Positions 1-7,883 of a DNA stretch of 12,736 nucleotides are shown piece after piece. The notes under the pieces are model-generated. The model saw nothing but the letters and a program-made list of their open reading frames with translations, was not told the DNA's origin and did no database searches. The translations under genes and the position numbers were made by a program. Source of the DNA: Candidatus Nanohalobium sp. (GTDB taxonomy: Archaea > Nanohalarchaeota > Nanosalinia > Nanosalinales > Nanosalinaceae); the NCBI GenBank assembly GCA_042216335.1, contig JBDGTY010000024.1, positions 8,306 to 21,041 of the forward strand, written 5' to 3'. Position 1 is the first letter of the stretch. Every line of letters begins with the position of its first letter.

Positions 1-18
1 GTTGTTTTTGTTTGTCAT
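1..18 (-). CDS. 5' end of a gene running off the left edge (MTNKNN...), product unknown
   Basis: Minus-strand ATG at 18-16 with a strong Shine-Dalgarno GAGGTGA (33-27) 8 nt upstream; frame is open to the window edge. Confidence 0.65.
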
Positions 19-278
19 GTTGGTGTTCACCTCGAAGTTGAATGAAAACTTGGAGAAACGAGAAGTGAACACTGCGCCTGTTACAGCAGCAGTGCCAGCA
101 GAAGAATACCTGAAACCTGAACAGAATCAAAATCTACGTGAGAAAACTTGGAGATAGTTGCAACTGAGTCAAACTTAGTGTTGCAGAACGCAGAATCCTT
201 TGGTTTCTGCTTGAGCAGTCTTTCCGCGTGCGGAAAGCTGCAGAACGCGTCCACCAGAGATTGATGCGGATTCCATAT
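19..278 (-). promoter_or_regulatory. Long structured 5' leader (or cis-regulatory RNA) of the left-edge gene
   Basis: Lies between TATA box TTTATAAA (302-309) and the SD/ATG. Hairpins at 215-241, 159-185 and 69-95; long-range pairing 193-198/268-273; repeats GAAAACTTGGAGA (44-56, 142-154) and TGCAGAACGC (182-191, 239-248). Confidence 0.5.
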
Positions 279-301
279 ATCTGTTACTGGAGTATCAAAC
301 A

Positions 302-309
302 TTTATAAA
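302..309. promoter_or_regulatory. Archaeal TATA box (palindromic TTTATAAA), probably driving the leftward transcript
   Basis: Matches the archaeal TATA consensus, in an intergenic region between divergent genes. Confidence 0.6.
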
Positions 310-391
310 GAGTTCGCCGGTTAGACTTCTGATTAATCAGGACGGCATCGTAGCCAGAATGAATAAAAGAATTCTTCGATACCTCATATCT

Positions 392-643
392 ATGGGCGAT
401 TCTGAGGAATATGATGGGCGTACTACCCGCAGTTTCAACAGTCCGGAGCAAGGGCCACTGGAGTCTTTAGTATATGGCCTGGATTCTCCCGAAGATATCA
501 GGGATGAACTGGAGGAGTACGATGATGATAAGACCACTTCTATGTCTAACTCGCCTGAAGAAAGCCCTACTGAAGCAATGAAAATGATCCTGGGAAAAAG
601 CTACGACGCACTGGAAGGAAAGATCAACGATCTGCTCCCATAG
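392..643 (+). CDS. Small acidic hypothetical protein with an internal two-copy repeat
   Basis: ORF 359..643. ATG at 392 is preferred because AATAAAA (362-368) sits at leaderless-start distance. D/E-rich; EEYD..TT...NSPE..P.E motif occurs twice. Confidence 0.65.
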   Translation: MGDSEEYDGRTTRSFNSPEQGPLESLVYGLDSPEDIRDELEEYDDDKTTSMSNSPEESPTEAMKMILGKSYDALEGKINDLLP

Positions 644-654
644 AAAAAACCCTT

Positions 655-1344
655 TCAGAACAATCCTTTCTTCTCCGGTTCTTCCAGGCCGTCATCGGTT
701 ATCTTGAACTGTATCTTCTTTCCTTCGGGTAAAGACCTATGTTTGGCGATCTCCATCTGGCGGAGATTCTTGCCTTTGTCGGAAAGTTTGAGAAGGCATT
801 TGCTCCAGTACTTGGGCACATCTTTCCCTACTATCTCCATGTTGCCTTCATCGAAGCTTGTGTAGACCTGATTGGTGATGAGTACAGGAATGTTGTGTTC
901 TCGGGCGATCTTGGTAAGTTGTGAGAGCTGGCCGGATAGCTGGTTGTTGATCTCGGAGGCGTTGTCGCCGTTGACCTTTAACCTGTAGAGGGAGACTGCC
1001 GAGTCTACGATGACGAGCTCGACGTCTTCTTCCTCTACTGTTTCTTCAAGTGATTCGATGGCTTCTTCCTGCTGTTCGAAGTCTGTAGGAGAACGTATCA
1101 GGATATTGTCGAGTGCTTCCTCGTTTGACATCTGGAGGAACCGTTCCGGGGAGAAACCTGCTTCTGTGTCTATGTATGCGACTTTTCCCCCGTTTTCTGC
1201 TACGTGTGCTGCGACCTGGACGCAGAGGTTGGTTTTTCCTGACCCGGATTCGCCGTATACGTTGTTGACTATGCCTTTTTCCAGGCCGCCGTTCAAGAAC
1301 CTGTCCAGGTGTTCACTCCCCGTTGAAACCCTTTCAACCTTCAC
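655..1344 (-). CDS. radB: DNA repair and recombination protein RadB
   Basis: 229-aa RecA-fold ATPase lacking the RadA N-terminal HhH domain. Walker A GESGSGKT, YIDTE, Walker B VIVDS, TNQV and the RadB basic patch KHR. GTG start. Confidence 0.93.
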   Translation of the reverse strand: MKVERVSTGSEHLDRFLNGGLEKGIVNNVYGESGSGKTNLCVQVAAHVAENGGKVAYIDTEAGFSPERFLQMSNEEALDNILIRSPTDFEQQEEAIESLEETVEEEDVELVIVDSAVSLYRLKVNGDNASEINNQLSGQLSQLTKIAREHNIPVLITNQVYTSFDEGNMEIVGKDVPKYWSKCLLKLSDKGKNLRQMEIAKHRSLPEGKKIQFKITDDGLEEPEKKGLF

Positions 1345-1416
1345 ACCGAGTCTTTGAATGGAAATCTTTTATCACTGAAAATTTATCCTAGATAATAGCC
1401 TGTACTTTTCGATGAT

Positions 1417-1740
1417 TTATGCTGTTGATGGGGCTGATGTGTCCTGAATTTGGGCTGCTAGAGTTGTCCTCTCTTCCTCGACTTTCAATCTTACCGTTAT
1501 CTGCGCGTTTTCTCCGCTGGAAACGAGCTGTAGTTCGGCCTCAGTTATGTTCTGCAGTTGTTCTCTGTCGACGCCGAGCATTCTGGAAATGTTCTGTATT
1601 TCTACGCCACGAAGTTCTCCGTTGGGATCAAGGTCTACTGTGAAGTCTCCTGAACGGATGGATCTGCCGTATTCGCTCTCAGTATCATCTATCGATAGTA
1701 TATCAAGTTCGGGCGAGTAGTTTACATCTAGCTTACTCAT
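1417..1740 (-). CDS. DUF2283-family protein (putative antitoxin)
   Basis: N-terminal Y-x3-D-I-L-x-I followed by VDLDPNGELRGVEI, typical of DUF2283. ATGA overlap (1737-1740) with the upstream gene. Confidence 0.8.
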   Translation of the reverse strand: MSKLDVNYSPELDILSIDDTESEYGRSIRSGDFTVDLDPNGELRGVEIQNISRMLGVDREQLQNITEAELQLVSSGENAQITVRLKVEEERTTLAAQIQDTSAPSTA

Positions 1741-2048
1741 TCTCTCATCACCGTTACCGCCTTCATCGTTCCATTCTCCAAGATGTAGAAAGGCACAGTT
1801 ATCTTATCTCCGTCAACTGATAAAAAGATTATATAGGCCTCCTCGAAAGGGATGCTATGGTTGGGATTGTGGTTCAATTCTACTCCATCAATCTCGCCAG
1901 ACCTCAGACCTTGCTTTATGCCTTCCCAGTTGAGCCGTCTCTGGCCTGCTCTGAACCTCATATGCGGAGAAAACTTAATCGATTCGAAGCCTCCTAACTC
2001 CTCTACTCGTGATTTAAACTCCTGTAAAGATACCTCAGCCATAACCAT
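1737..2048 (-). CDS. DUF4258-like protein (putative RelE-like ribonuclease toxin)
   Basis: F-S-x-H-x3-R-x3-R motif and C-terminal VTV strand; directly upstream of and coupled to DUF2283. Start may be ATG 2042. Confidence 0.68.
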   Translation of the reverse strand: MVMAEVSLQEFKSRVEELGGFESIKFSPHMRFRAGQRRLNWEGIKQGLRSGEIDGVELNHNPNHSIPFEEAYIIFLSVDGDKITVPFYILENGTMKAVTVMRE

Positions 2049-2103
2049 ACTTCGGGCTCCGATGGATTTAAACTAGACTACTCGAAAAGGAACCAAAACT
2101 CGT

Positions 2104-2125
2104 TTTTTGTTGACGTCAGTAAAAA
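2104..2125. promoter_or_regulatory. Imperfect 22-bp palindrome, candidate operator between divergent promoters
   Basis: TTTTTGT-TGACGTCA-GTAAAAA, 18 of 22 positions symmetric, lying between TATA-like ATTTAAACT at 2066-2074 and 2128-2136. Confidence 0.45.
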
Positions 2126-2156
2126 TTATTTAAACTTTCACTCCTTTCATTTGATT

Positions 2157-2507
2157 ATGTCCGAGGCCTCGCTGTTGACTTACTCGACGGAGAAGAAGAA
2201 CTTTGACTCGGTGTACGAGCGGAACAAGTTTTACAGAGGGCTTTTCGGCTACAGGCAAACGGTGAAGAAGAACGGGAAGACCTACGAGTACGACAAGGAC
2301 GGTTTGATGGATGAGATCCCGAACATAAGGATCGATGACTCGGTCTTTATAATCGCGAAGAGAAAAACCGATGAGATACGGGAGTACTTCGTGGAGTGGG
2401 AGCCGAAGGTTTCCTACCACATATTCACGGTGTTAATCGAGGACGAGGATATAGTGGACAGGATAAAAGAAGAAAACAGTTCAGACGATAGAAAGCTCGA
2501 AAAATAG
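2157..2507 (+). CDS. Hypothetical protein, possible Cas2/VapD-like ferredoxin fold
   Basis: ORF 2151..2507; ATG at 2157 fits TATA 2128-2134. Pattern LLTYS / ERNKFYRGLFG / IRIDDSVFII / EIREYF / YHIFTV resembles the Cas2 beta-alpha-beta-beta-alpha-beta order. The CDS is well supported; the fold call is tentative. Confidence 0.7.
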   Translation: MSEASLLTYSTEKKNFDSVYERNKFYRGLFGYRQTVKKNGKTYEYDKDGLMDEIPNIRIDDSVFIIAKRKTDEIREYFVEWEPKVSYHIFTVLIEDEDIVDRIKEENSSDDRKLEK

Positions 2508-2582
2508 ATGCTACAAAGGTGAACAATCAAAAATGAAAATTCAACGAATTTTCTTGCAGAAACCCACTGAGGTGGTTTTCGA

Positions 2583-4850
2583 ATGACGGACGATAACGTT
2601 AAGCTGCGTGTTGGAGAGGTTCCTCCTAACGCTCAGCAGGACGTCGGCAAGGGAATAATCAGGATAGACAGTAAAATCATGGAAGAGCTCGGTATACAGG
2701 AAGGCGACGCCGTGGAGATAGAGGGCAACAGGACCACGGTCGGAAGAGTCGCCAGGAGCTATCCAGCAGACAAAGGACTGGGAATCGCCCGTATGGACGG
2801 CTACATGAGGAAGAACGCCGGGACAAGCTTGGGAGAACATGTAAACGTCTCGAAGGTAGAGCTGGATGAAGCTGACAGCATCACATTGGCACCGGCCGAG
2901 GAAGGCATCGTGATGCAGGTACGCAACCCCAACATGTTCAAGAGAGGTCTCGCCGGAAGACCGATTGTCCAGGGTGACATAGTCGTACCTGATGGAAACG
3001 AGAGGCCGAGAGGACTGTTTGAGGACATGTTCGAGGGAATGGCTGACAACATGCGGTTCAACTGGAGCGAGCTGAAACTGCGTGTCGTCAAGACCAGTCC
3101 TGCCGGGCCGGTGAAGATAACCGAGAACACTGACATCAACATCAAGGAGAAGGCAGTCTCCGAGCCGGAACAGCAGCAGGTCAGAGTACCGGAAGTAACA
3201 TACGAGGACATCGGAGGGCTCGACGACGAAGTGCAGAAAGTACGGGAGATGATCGAACTTCCGCTGAAACATCCCGAAGTCTTCCAGCAGCTGGGCATCG
3301 ATGCGCCCTCCGGCGTACTGCTGCAGGGCCCTCCCGGCACGGGAAAGACCCTGCTCGCGAAGGCTGTTGCGAACGAGGCAGACGCCCAGTTCCTCAGTAT
3401 CGACGGACCAGAGATAATGTCGAAGTACTACGGAGAATCCGAGAAACAGTTGCGTGAGAAGTTCGAGGAAGCCCGTGAAGGAGATCCTGCGATCATTTTC
3501 ATCGACGAGATCGACGCCATCGCACCGAAGAGAGGTGACGCAGGCGGAGAAGTAGAGAGAAGAGTAGTAGCCACACTACTTTCCGAGATGGACGGGCTCG
3601 AAAGCCGTGAAAACGTCATCGTTATCGCAGCCACCAACAGGCAGGAAGCCATCGACCCAGCACTCCGCAGAGGAGGCCGCTTCGACAGGGAGATAGAGAT
3701 CGGAGTCCCGAACAGGGAAGGCAGAAAGGAGATTCTCCAGATCCACACTAGGAACATGCCACTGACCGATGATGTCGACCTCAACGAGATCTCCGAGTTG
3801 ACACATGGCTATGTCGGAGCAGACCTTGAATCCGTGTGTAAAGAGGCCGCAATGTCCGTGTTAAGAGACGTATTGCCGGAGATAGACATGGACGAGGAGA
3901 TACCGTCGGAGGTCCTTGAGAAGCTTGTCGTCGACGAGGACGCCATGATGGACGGCATCCGGAACGTCGAGCCAAGCCAGATGCGTGAAGTCATGGTCGA
4001 GGTACCGCAGGTCTCATGGGACGACATCGGAGGACTCCAGGACACCAAAGACCGGCTCCAGGAGATGGTCGAATGGCCGCAGAAATACCCTGAACGGTTC
4101 GAGAACATGGGCATCGACGTACCTAAAGGCATCCTGTTGTATGGAATGCCAGGAACCGGAAAGACATTGATGGCGAAAGCTGTCGCCAACGAGGCCAACG
4201 CCAACTTCATCTCCATCAAAGGGCCCGAAATCTTCTCGAAATTTGTCGGAGAGTCCGAGGAAGCCGTTAGAGAAATCTTCAAGAAGGCTAGGCAGGTTGC
4301 TCCGTGTGTACTGTTCATAGACGAGATAGATGCAATCGCGCCGCGCAGAGGAGGCAGGAGCAGTGATTCTGGTGTCGGAGACCGCGTGGTTAACCAGCTT
4401 CTGACAGAGCTCGACGGTATCGAAAGTCTGAAAGGCGTGACAGTCATCGCAGCGACGAACAGGCCTGACATGATTGATCCGGCGATTACGCGGCCCGGAA
4501 GAGTCGACAGGAACGTCGAGGTCGAGATACCGGACCTAGAGGCACGGAAGAGGATCTTCGAGGTCCACACCGAGGACATGCCGCTGGCGGACGACGTGGA
4601 CCTTGACGAGCTGGCCGAGAAGACGGAGAACTACGTCGGCTCGGACATCGAATCGATCTGCAGGGAGGCAGGTATGAACGCTCTGCGTGGCGATCCGGAC
4701 AGCGAGGAAGCGACGATGGAGGACTTTGAGGAAGCCATCGAAGAAGTGAAGGCGACAGCCACTGAGGACAACCGTGATATGTACCGTCGCATGACGCAGA
4801 AGATGAACGACATAGAAGCCGAGGAAGAAACGCCGGACTACTACGCCTAA
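2583..4850 (+). CDS. cdc48: CDC48/VCP (VAT) family AAA+ ATPase
   Basis: 755 aa; N-domain plus two AAA modules ([27 protein letters not shown] and [24 protein letters not shown]); C-terminal YYA HbYX motif; SD GAGGTGG at 2569-2575. Confidence 0.97.
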   Translation: MTDDNVKLRVGEVPPNAQQDVGKGIIRIDSKIMEELGIQEGDAVEIEGNRTTVGRVARSYPADKGLGIARMDGYMRKNAGTSLGEHVNVSKVELDEADSITLAPAEEGIVMQVRNPNMFKRGLAGRPIVQGDIVVPDGNERPRGLFEDMFEGMADNMRFNWSELKLRVVKTSPAGPVKITENTDINIKEKAVSEPEQQQVRVPEVTYEDIGGLDDEVQKVREMIELPLKHPEVFQQLGIDAPSGVLLQGPPGTGKTLLAKAVANEADAQFLSIDGPEIMSKYYGESEKQLREKFEEAREGDPAIIFIDEIDAIAPKRGDAGGEVERRVVATLLSEMDGLESRENVIVIAATNRQEAIDPALRRGGRFDREIEIGVPNREGRKEILQIHTRNMPLTDDVDLNEISELTHGYVGADLESVCKEAAMSVLRDVLPEIDMDEEIPSEVLEKLVVDEDAMMDGIRNVEPSQMREVMVEVPQVSWDDIGGLQDTKDRLQEMVEWPQKYPERFENMGIDVPKGILLYGMPGTGKTLMAKAVANEANANFISIKGPEIFSKFVGESEEAVREIFKKARQVAPCVLFIDEIDAIAPRRGGRSSDSGVGDRVVNQLLTELDGIESLKGVTVIAATNRPDMIDPAITRPGRVDRNVEVEIPDLEARKRIFEVHTEDMPLADDVDLDELAEKTENYVGSDIESICREAGMNALRGDPDSEEATMEDFEEAIEEVKATATEDNRDMYRRMTQKMNDIEAEEETPDYYA

Positions 4851-4904
4851 CCGTCCGGAAACCCCTCACCTTTTATTCCCCCTCTTACCTGAATTCTATC
4901 ATAT

Positions 4905-5906
4905 ATGAGCCATGAATGCGAGGAGTGTGGAGAGGAGTTCGACACGGAGCGAGGACTCTCAGTCCACAAAACACAGAGCCACAGTGAAGAGGATTCTGGA
5001 AAAACTACTACAGAAAAGAGAGAGGATACAGTCCAGGAGATCTCTCTGAACGTCCGACAGTTCGGAGGACTGGTCTTCGGCCTGGGACTTTTCCTCGGGA
5101 TCATAATCGGAGGGACATTCTCCGGCGGTTCACTTGACGTGGCGGCACCACAGTTAGAGGTTACGGGGGATACAGGTTCTCCAATTCCGTCAGATTCCCC
5201 TGCTCAGAACACAGGTAAAACGAAAGATACTGACACAGGCAAGGGCGATTCAGGTAACACAGGTTCGCAGGTTGTCTCCCTTAATTCAGGAGACTATCCA
5301 TACAACGGCCTTAAAGCCGGCATTGGGGAAGGCAACGTGACCCTGAACGGTAAAACTTTCAGGTTAAAGGGCGAGCCTTACATCGGTTCTGCGGATGCGC
5401 CGGTTACCGCTGTATCGTTTGAGGACTTCGAGTGTCCTTTCTGCAGTCGTTACAACCAGGATGCTTTCCCTAAGATCAGGGAGAACTATGTGGCTCCTGG
5501 CAAGGTTCAGTACTTCTTCAAGAACCTTCCACTTCCACAGCTTCATCCATGGGCCAAGAAAGCAGCTCTTGCATCGGAATGCGCACTTAACCAGGATGTG
5601 AAGGCTTTCTGGACCTTCAAAAAAGGATTTTTCAGCAATCAGAAGGCGTTAGGTCAGGCATATGGCAGCGGAAACTTCGACAAGTCGATGTACAAGTGGG
5701 CTGAGCAGACAGGCCTGAATGTCGACAAGTTCAAGCAGTGCTACGACAACAAAGAGGAGATGGATGAAGTGGAGGAAGACGCTCAACAGGCAGGAAGCGT
5801 CGGAGCACAGGCCACACCTACAGTGTTTATCGACGGCAAAAAGGTTGAGGGAGCACAGCCATACTCCCGGTTCAAGACCGTAATCAACAACGCACTACAG
5901 CAATGA
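4905..5906 (+). CDS. Membrane-anchored DsbA-family thiol-disulfide oxidoreductase with an N-terminal C2H2 zinc finger
   Basis: CEEC-x12-H-x4-H at the N-terminus, TM helix FGGLVFGLGLFLGIIIGG, S/T/G-rich linker, GSADAPVT...FEDFECPFC active site and cis-Pro loop ATPT. Confidence 0.9.
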   Translation: MSHECEECGEEFDTERGLSVHKTQSHSEEDSGKTTTEKREDTVQEISLNVRQFGGLVFGLGLFLGIIIGGTFSGGSLDVAAPQLEVTGDTGSPIPSDSPAQNTGKTKDTDTGKGDSGNTGSQVVSLNSGDYPYNGLKAGIGEGNVTLNGKTFRLKGEPYIGSADAPVTAVSFEDFECPFCSRYNQDAFPKIRENYVAPGKVQYFFKNLPLPQLHPWAKKAALASECALNQDVKAFWTFKKGFFSNQKALGQAYGSGNFDKSMYKWAEQTGLNVDKFKQCYDNKEEMDEVEEDAQQAGSVGAQATPTVFIDGKKVEGAQPYSRFKTVINNALQQ

Positions 5907-6430
5907 ACCAGGAAATAATCCTTCAGAATCTGAGGAAAGGACTGAAGTCCGCCTTCAGTACCCGGAGGAGGGCAGCCACCACGCTGCTCCTTTCAACCTC
6001 CATCTTTTTCCTCATGGCTCTGTCAAGATCCATAGGTTACTCCACGCAGATGTTCCTGTCCGGGAAAATAGTGAACTGGCTTACCGCCCTGTATACCCGC
6101 GTTCTGGGAGTTTACATAGTCGACGGGTACTACGGCCTGTTCATCAACACGGTCTACGCCGTTCTGATAGGAGTTACCCTGACAAACTTCCACACAAAGT
6201 TCAGGAGCTCGGGCGTGAAAATCAGGAACCTGACAGGAATTGCACCAGGATTCATAGCAGCAGGATGCGCTGGATGCGGCATAGGACTGCTCAGCCTTCT
6301 CGGCATAGCAGGAGGCGTAGCAGTACTCCCTTTGCAGGGAGCACTTCTGAGAATTTCCGGCATGGCACTTCTCTTATTCTTCATAGTCAGGACCGGTGAT
6401 CCAGAGACATGCTCTATCGCCGGGTCGTGA
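5903..6430 (+). CDS. Multi-pass membrane protein with a GCAGCG (CxxC) motif
   Basis: About four hydrophobic segments, AAGCAGCGIG motif and a C-terminal Cys. ATGA overlap with the DsbA gene; 17-nt convergent overlap with map. Confidence 0.8.
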   Translation: MNQEIILQNLRKGLKSAFSTRRRAATTLLLSTSIFFLMALSRSIGYSTQMFLSGKIVNWLTALYTRVLGVYIVDGYYGLFINTVYAVLIGVTLTNFHTKFRSSGVKIRNLTGIAPGFIAAGCAGCGIGLLSLLGIAGGVAVLPLQGALLRISGMALLLFFIVRTGDPETCSIAGS

Positions 6431-7298
6431 CGATGTTCTCTCCGTCGTCAGCGCCGACAAGAACGGTGTGCTCGGCCTGAGTCACGATACCGCCATCCAG
6501 CTCCTTCAGAACAGGGTAATGCTTGACGGCTCCGGACTGAACAAGCTTCTTCAACGCCATCTTCTCTCTTCCGCTCATGTCCAGCCAGCGTGAACTGAAA
6601 GGAAGGCCGTTAAACTTCTCAATCTTCTTCATAAGCTTTCTCCCGGCTCTGCCCCTAGGGTTTCCTCCCTGTTCGATGTAGATGTTGCCTTTCTTTCCTT
6701 CCTTGATCTTTCCTGCGCCTGTAGTTAGGAAAGGTTCGATGGCGACCGCATCGCCTTTCTCCAGTACAGTATTGTTTTTGTTGGCGACGTTCGGGATGGA
6801 TAGGCCGGCATGCTGCGTGTATTTATCCAGGGAGTGTCCTGTAAGGTTCCGGACGACTGAGTACTTTTCCGGTACCTGGTTCTGGACGAAGGTTCCGACT
6901 TCACCTACTGTTATTCCCGGTTCGATGAATTCCAGAGCCTTCTCCAGAACCCTCCGGTTGGCCTCGATCATGTCCCTGTGTTCTCCGGAGGGATTGACGG
7001 TCAATGCTGTATCGGCGATGTAGCCTTCGGAGTGGGCTCCTATGTCGACTTTGAGAACATCTTCCTCCTTCAGTTCCCTGTCTTCTTTCAATCCCGGGGA
7101 GTAGTGTGCCGCAACATCGTCTATGGACAGGTTGACGGGGAAAGCCGGTTCCAGGCCTTCATCCCTGATAAGTTTCTCGACTTTTTCAGCTATCTGTTTG
7201 AGGTTGATGCCTGGTTCTGCTACTTCTCTTGCCTCTTTCCGTGCTTTCTGTATGACTCTTCCGGCCTCGATGTAGTTCTCTTTTTCTTGTTGTTCCAT
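6414..7298 (-). CDS. map: Methionine aminopeptidase type II
   Basis: AFPVNLS, AAHYSP, KVDIGAH..GYIADTA, NLTGH, AIEPF, helical insert with LPFSSRW, and QAEHTV. Confidence 0.96.
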   Translation of the reverse strand: MEQQEKENYIEAGRVIQKARKEAREVAEPGINLKQIAEKVEKLIRDEGLEPAFPVNLSIDDVAAHYSPGLKEDRELKEEDVLKVDIGAHSEGYIADTALTVNPSGEHRDMIEANRRVLEKALEFIEPGITVGEVGTFVQNQVPEKYSVVRNLTGHSLDKYTQHAGLSIPNVANKNNTVLEKGDAVAIEPFLTTGAGKIKEGKKGNIYIEQGGNPRGRAGRKLMKKIEKFNGLPFSSRWLDMSGREKMALKKLVQSGAVKHYPVLKELDGGIVTQAEHTVLVGADDGENIVTTRR

Positions 7299-7400
7299 AG
7301 GTATTTGGAATCTCTTGAACTGTTAAAACGTGAATGGTTTAATGGTTTGTTTCAGCGTAGCGAAGCCAAGAGTTTATAGAAGGACTACGAGTGAAAGCGC

Positions 7401-7883
7401 ATGTTTTCCAGAATCAGGAGTGTGGAAGCACCTTTATTTGACAGTCTGAAAACCTCCAGGCCCGGACGATCGGAATCGACTACAGGAGTCCGGCCTGTGA
7501 AGATCTGAAGGAGCTTCTCTCCGGGGTATACAGGGAGCATGAGTCGAGTACAGGTTCGGGTGCGATATTTGAGGTCACCAGGGAGGAACGTACTCCCGGA
7601 TACTTTCCCGAAAAAAGAATAGATCCTCAGTCGGCCAGATGGAACTTCAGAAAGGTTGAAAGAAAGCTTGAGGAGCTCGGGGATAGAGCGGATTACAGCC
7701 TCAAGATAGGCGCAAACAAGTATGGCCTGAACACCTATGTTAAAGCCGAGAGATCCAGATCTATCACAGCAAAGGCATGCGGAAAACGGTTTTTACGGCG
7801 CCTGGGAGATCAGTTTCACCTCAAGACCGCACACACGGTCAAACCTCTCCGCTGCAGACGCTGCTGCGATACTCGAGGACTAG
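7401..7883 (+). pseudogene. Frameshifted hypothetical gene (~160 aa), or assembly indels
   Basis: TATA TTTATAGA (7373-7380) then ATG 7401 (MFSRIRSVEAPLFD). A protein-like reading continues in the -1 frame from ~7442 (QSENLQARTIGIDY...LNTYVKAE) and returns to the original frame at ~7752 (DPDLSQQ...AAILED), ending at TAG 7881-7883 which overlaps the malic enzyme stop. Confidence 0.55.

Noticed and set aside
19-300. Possible tRNA, SRP RNA or RNase P RNA
   Set aside because: No cloverleaf with a T-loop, no RNase P GAGGAAAGUCC core and no SRP helix-8 motif recognised.
81-302. 73-aa minus-strand ORF from the track
   Set aside because: Its ATG overlaps the TATA box, its composition is atypical, and the region is better explained as a structured leader.
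655-1344. RadA or KaiC assignment
   Set aside because: It lacks the RadA N-terminal domain, is a single short domain, and carries the RadB KHR motif.
2012-2136. Three copies of ATTTAAACT (2012, 2066, 2128) next to a Cas2-like gene, as a possible degenerate CRISPR array
   Set aside because: Only 9-10 bp are shared, spacing is uneven (54 and 62), one copy lies inside a CDS and the other two are explained as TATA boxes.
1345-2582. TA region as an IS or integrated element with defined ends
   Set aside because: No transposase or integrase, terminal inverted repeats, or target-site duplication found.
2541-4869. Long antisense and alternate-frame ORFs over cdc48
   Set aside because: Shadow ORFs arising from codon bias in a conserved gene; no motifs.
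7315-7350. TTGAAC/TTAAAAC upstream of map as another site of the TTxAAC operator
   Set aside because: Spacing does not fit the 10-bp pair pattern, and the AT-rich sequence is explained by the map promoter.
7391-7441. GTG start at 7391 with TGA (7439-7441) readthrough as selenocysteine or recoding
   Set aside because: The GTG is too close to the TATA box, other genes here use TGA as a normal stop, no SECIS is evident, and a second frameshift would still be required.
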